From NCBI GenBank assembly GCA_050952625.1, contig JBMNLH010000001.1, forward strand, positions 1,344,001 through 1,408,000: a stretch of 64,000 bases of DNA. The letters run 5' to 3'. Below, in pieces: positions 60,417-64,000 of this stretch; the first letter of the stretch is position 1, and each line of letters opens with the position of its first letter. The position numbers were made by a program, and so were the translations under genes. The notes under the pieces were generated by a model. It was not told where the DNA came from. It searched no databases and saw nothing but the letters and a program-made list of their open reading frames with translations. The stretch is from Bacillota bacterium. Its GTDB lineage: Bacteria; Bacillota; Ch66; Ch109.

Positions 60417-62228
60417 GTGAGGCTAAGCAACATGAGTCGAGGAAGGATCAGACCCTGGACCAACCAAATAATGGCTAACTTAATCGATGTATCCCAGGGT
60501 AAAAAGCCGGCTGACTTATATCTAGCCGGAGCAAATATTATTGATGTTTATCGCGGAGTGGTGCGTCCAGCCAATGTAGCGATCAGCGGTCAACGGATTG
60601 CTTATGTCGGATCATCAGATAAAATGTTAGGACCACAAACCAAGTTCATTGATGTCTCCGGTAAAATTCTGGCTCCGGGATATATCGAACCGCACGGGCA
60701 CCCTTTTCAGCTTTACAACCCGGTAAGTTATGCCAAACACGTCCTGAGCCATGGGACAACCTGTTCGATTAACGACAATCTTCTTCTGCTAGGAGTCATG
60801 GAAATAGATGAGCTGATAAAGTTAGTTGAAAACCTAGCTGAATTGCCGATAAAAATGCTTTGGAGTGCCCGTCTTGACCCCCAGAACTTTACCCATGAAG
60901 AAAAGGCTAAATATACTAGGCCAAATATCAGTCGTCTGATTAACCACCCTTTATTCCTCCAGGTTGGCGAACTTACGGATTGGCCCTCCCTCTTGGCCGG
61001 GGATGAGAATATGCAGCACTGGATGGTCGAAACACTTAACCTCGGGAAAAAAGCGGAAGGTCATGCTCCGGGAGCTTCCCGGGACACGCTGAACTCCCTT
61101 GCAGCTGCCGGCGTCACTGCTTGCCATGAGGCAGTTACAGCGGATGAAGTGCTACGTCGGGTGGAAGTCGGAATCTACAGCACGCTTCGTCATTCCTCTC
61201 TCCGTCCCGACCTGCCGGACATCCTGCGCGGACTGCTTAGTCAAGAACATGTTAGCTGGGAACGGATGATGATGACCACGGATTGTCCGACCCCGGGTTA
61301 CATGAAACGAGGAGCGGCTGACTATCTGATTCGTATCGCTCTGCAAAATAACGTCAATCCAGTCACGGCCTACCAACTGGTAACCCGAAACCCGGCCGTT
61401 TACTACGGACTTGACCCGGAAATCGGGGGCATTGCCCCTGGCCGTCTGGCTGACATCCTGGTTCTCCCGAGCCTTGAAGAGCCAACCCCAGAACAAGTCT
61501 ATGCCGATGGGCAGCTGGTGGTTGATCGGTCCGGGAATCAAGTTAAACACTATCTGCCGGCCTGTCCAATAAACTGGACTGAGTATGGCCTAAGCCCGCT
61601 AAAGCTAACTAGTCATCGTCCTTATTCGATCCAGATGCTGCCGGCAGATGACGGCCAAGACACCTTTCCGGTAATGGATCTAGTTAACCCGGTTATTACC
61701 CGGAAAAGAGATATCCTAATCGGTACCGAAGGTCTGACTCGACAGGACGGCCGATTGCAAGTAGAAGCCGGGAGCGGACTCTGTTATGGAGTATTGCTTA
61801 CGCGAGAATTCACTCGAATAACCCACGGGATTATTCGCGGTTTTGCCCGGAATCTGGATGCTTTAGCTTCTTCTTATAATGGATCAATGGATTTATTAGT
61901 TCTTGGCCAGAACCCAACGGCGATGAACCTAGCTCTCCGCCGGATAGGTGAGTTGGGCGGCGGCATAGTTATAATTCAAAAAAACGAGATTATAGTGGAA
62001 TTAACTCTCCCGCTTAAAGGATTAATGTCTGGTCAAGAAATGCCGGATTTAATTCGGGAGACGTTAAGAATGGAAGAGGCATTGAATCAAGCGCAGTACC
62101 CGCATTATGATCCGGTTTACAGTTTACTTTTCCTTTCCTCAACCCATTTGCCGGAAATCCGTCTGACGCGAAACGGGCTGGTCACAGTAAAAGATCGAAG
62201 TATCCTTCGACCTTCGACATCTCTCTAA
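60417..62228 (+). CDS. Adenine deaminase-like amidohydrolase (YerA type)
   Basis: PGYIEPHGHP, GELTDW, EGH, CHE, LRHSS and GGIAPGRLAD motifs. Confidence 0.88.
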   Translation: MRLSNMSRGRIRPWTNQIMANLIDVSQGKKPADLYLAGANIIDVYRGVVRPANVAISGQRIAYVGSSDKMLGPQTKFIDVSGKILAPGYIEPHGHPFQLYNPVSYAKHVLSHGTTCSINDNLLLLGVMEIDELIKLVENLAELPIKMLWSARLDPQNFTHEEKAKYTRPNISRLINHPLFLQVGELTDWPSLLAGDENMQHWMVETLNLGKKAEGHAPGASRDTLNSLAAAGVTACHEAVTADEVLRRVEVGIYSTLRHSSLRPDLPDILRGLLSQEHVSWERMMMTTDCPTPGYMKRGAADYLIRIALQNNVNPVTAYQLVTRNPAVYYGLDPEIGGIAPGRLADILVLPSLEEPTPEQVYADGQLVVDRSGNQVKHYLPACPINWTEYGLSPLKLTSHRPYSIQMLPADDGQDTFPVMDLVNPVITRKRDILIGTEGLTRQDGRLQVEAGSGLCYGVLLTREFTRITHGIIRGFARNLDALASSYNGSMDLLVLGQNPTAMNLALRRIGELGGGIVIIQKNEIIVELTLPLKGLMSGQEMPDLIRETLRMEEALNQAQYPHYDPVYSLLFLSSTHLPEIRLTRNGLVTVKDRSILRPSTSL

Positions 62229-62635
62229 GATTACGACAACGTTGATACCGCATATTCGCTATTTTATAAAACAGGCAGCCTAAAAGCACTCTTCGGAAAT
62301 TAACATTTTGCTGGCGAATCCCCGAAAGCCTTGATATGAGTGGCTTAAGATAAAGATGATAAATGTAAGTTATACAGCTGGTGAGTTTAGAATAATCGTT
62401 CGAACAAATACGCAGGGCACCTACTCTCAGCGCCAAGAGCAGGTGCCCCTAGGGTAAGGATGGTGCACCATCTTTCCCCTTCTAATCCATTATAGAGTAT
62501 CATTCAGCAAAATGATACACTTGTTAACCAAGTATTCTGTATGTTTATATCTATCGGAAATTATAAAAATTATCATTAGTTGTCCGATTCGTCGAGGTAC
62601 TAAACCGGTATTATTCGGGGCATTACTAAACAGAG

Positions 62636-63844
62636 GTGATGCCACTGATGAATAAAAAGTTAAGCTCTGAAAGACCTCTTTTACTATCCACGACCGTTTT
62701 CTTGCTCTTCCTTTTAACCATTAATATGCTTGGCACTGGATGTAGACCTGATCATCAGAGGTCTCCAGCTCCAGGAAAACAAACGGGGAATAATCAGCAG
62801 CAAAAAACCCCGGAAGATCTGACTACCCTCCTGTCGAATCTGAATACAATTGCTCAGAGTCTAGTAACTCAAGTAAATATGGCCGATAATCCTCCAGTAT
62901 TTTTAGGGCCTCTGAGTCAAGCTGGAATTAATCAGGGTTCCACAACTGAAGGGCAGAAGCAACCGGGCAACAAAACAGCTCAAACCAGGCAACAGCCAGA
63001 ACAGCAGTCAGACCGAACAAGCGAGGAACAGAATAACCAGTCTAATCAAAGGGAGCAACCCAGTAATAACGAACGATCAAGAACATCTGATAACAAAACA
63101 GTTGAAAGGACAGAGGAATCCGATTCACAACAAGCTGATAGAACAAGCCCTCAAACGGGACATAACCAGAGGCAAGCTAATATCACTCGCCAGACCGAAG
63201 CTACTGACCCTGGTCAATTATGGCAGAGTCTCGAACAGACCATGCAAGATCTCCACCAGCGATGGAATTCTCTGGAGCCTCAAGTAGTTCAAGCTGGGGG
63301 TGGACCTGAATTAATCACCAACTTCGAAAACCAGTTAACCATACTTACTGATAAAATCACGGCCCGACAGGCTATGCCTACTCTAATCGCGGTCAATGAA
63401 GCTTATCGGTTTATGCCTGACTTTTTTAACCTGTTTCAAGCCAATTCTCCGCCAGAGCTATACCGCTTGCGATACCATACAAACTCTATTCTATTCCAGT
63501 CCAAAACCGGCAGCCTTTCTGCCGCTCAATCTGATTTAACAAAGTTGAAAGAAGAATGGAGTCGCTTCAAACCTAGATTAGAAGGAGTCGATCCGCTTCA
63601 GTTAAGCCAGTTTGAATTTGGTCTATCGGATTTAGAAACCGCCCTCCAGCAAAAGAATAAAGCATTAGTAGAGATAGAGTCTACTATTGTGCTCAATAAC
63701 ATCGATAACTTGGAATCCCAGATTGGAAAAAAACAAACTGGACAGGAACAAGGTCAAACTCAAGACCAAGGGGAAGAACCAGGTCATAGACAAAATCAGA
63801 ATCAAGTGCAGAATCAAGGTCAGAGTAGCAACCAGATGCAATAG
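62636..63844 (+). CDS. Lipoprotein with Gln-rich disordered segments (probably sporulation-related)
   Basis: Signal peptide with LGTGC lipobox; helical core with LHQRWNSLEP. Confidence 0.75.
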   Translation: MMPLMNKKLSSERPLLLSTTVFLLFLLTINMLGTGCRPDHQRSPAPGKQTGNNQQQKTPEDLTTLLSNLNTIAQSLVTQVNMADNPPVFLGPLSQAGINQGSTTEGQKQPGNKTAQTRQQPEQQSDRTSEEQNNQSNQREQPSNNERSRTSDNKTVERTEESDSQQADRTSPQTGHNQRQANITRQTEATDPGQLWQSLEQTMQDLHQRWNSLEPQVVQAGGGPELITNFENQLTILTDKITARQAMPTLIAVNEAYRFMPDFFNLFQANSPPELYRLRYHTNSILFQSKTGSLSAAQSDLTKLKEEWSRFKPRLEGVDPLQLSQFEFGLSDLETALQQKNKALVEIESTIVLNNIDNLESQIGKKQTGQEQGQTQDQGEEPGHRQNQNQVQNQGQSSNQMQ

Positions 63845-63949
63845 TCAAAGGACCTCTACTTCTAGATGTGGGGTTACCTCGTTCAAACTTCAGGTGGAGT
63901 AGAGTCTCCACCTGAAGCCCCGATGTTCAGTGAAGCCGAACGAGTTCAC
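63845..63949 (+). mobile_element. Element family A, copy 4 (best-preserved central hairpin)
   Basis: Starts immediately after the TAG; CTTCAGGTGGAG-TAGAGT-CTCCACCTGAAG; ends GAGTTCAC. Confidence 0.78.
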
Positions 63950-64000
63950 TTAAACCGCGTCAGCTAACATCGGCAATAACCTTATCGGTTCATACAAAAG

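Noticed and set aside
62940-63844. Gln-rich repeats in the lipoprotein as a DNA repeat system
   Set aside because: In-frame low-complexity protein sequence only.

Overview
Chromosomal window from a low-GC, spore-forming anaerobic Bacillota (Desulfitobacteriia/Moorellia/Syntrophomonadia-like; taxon inferred from gene content only). The left end is the conserved rarA-iscS-mnmA-yrrD-yrzR-yrzQ-yrrI-alaS housekeeping block plus pgk. The centre (11.7-51.7 kb) is dominated by acyl-CoA metabolism. It contains two stand-alone carboxyltransferases, an atypical acyl-CoA dehydrogenase with EtfBA, and a tandemly duplicated five-gene isovaleryl-CoA cassette (ivd-ctfA-ctfB-enoyl-CoA hydratase-HMG-CoA-lyase-like) followed by a canonical HMG-CoA lyase. 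It also holds tandem acyl-CoA:acetate CoA-transferases and an Ile T-box-controlled 2-oxoacid:ferredoxin oxidoreductase operon next to tRNA-Gln(CTG). The non-coding DNA is the most unusual part. It carries four copies of a ~105-bp three-hairpin IS200/IS605-end-like element and three copies of a different ~100-bp structured element, each just upstream of a minus-strand Fe-S/thiol-redox gene with strand-specific G-U pairs. There are also head-to-head heptamer arrays between iscS and mnmA, a ~650-nt multi-hairpin leader and recurrent orphan Shine-Dalgarno sites. No CRISPR array, rRNA, transposase or phage genes were seen. All calls come from reading the sequence and recalling motifs; no searches were run.
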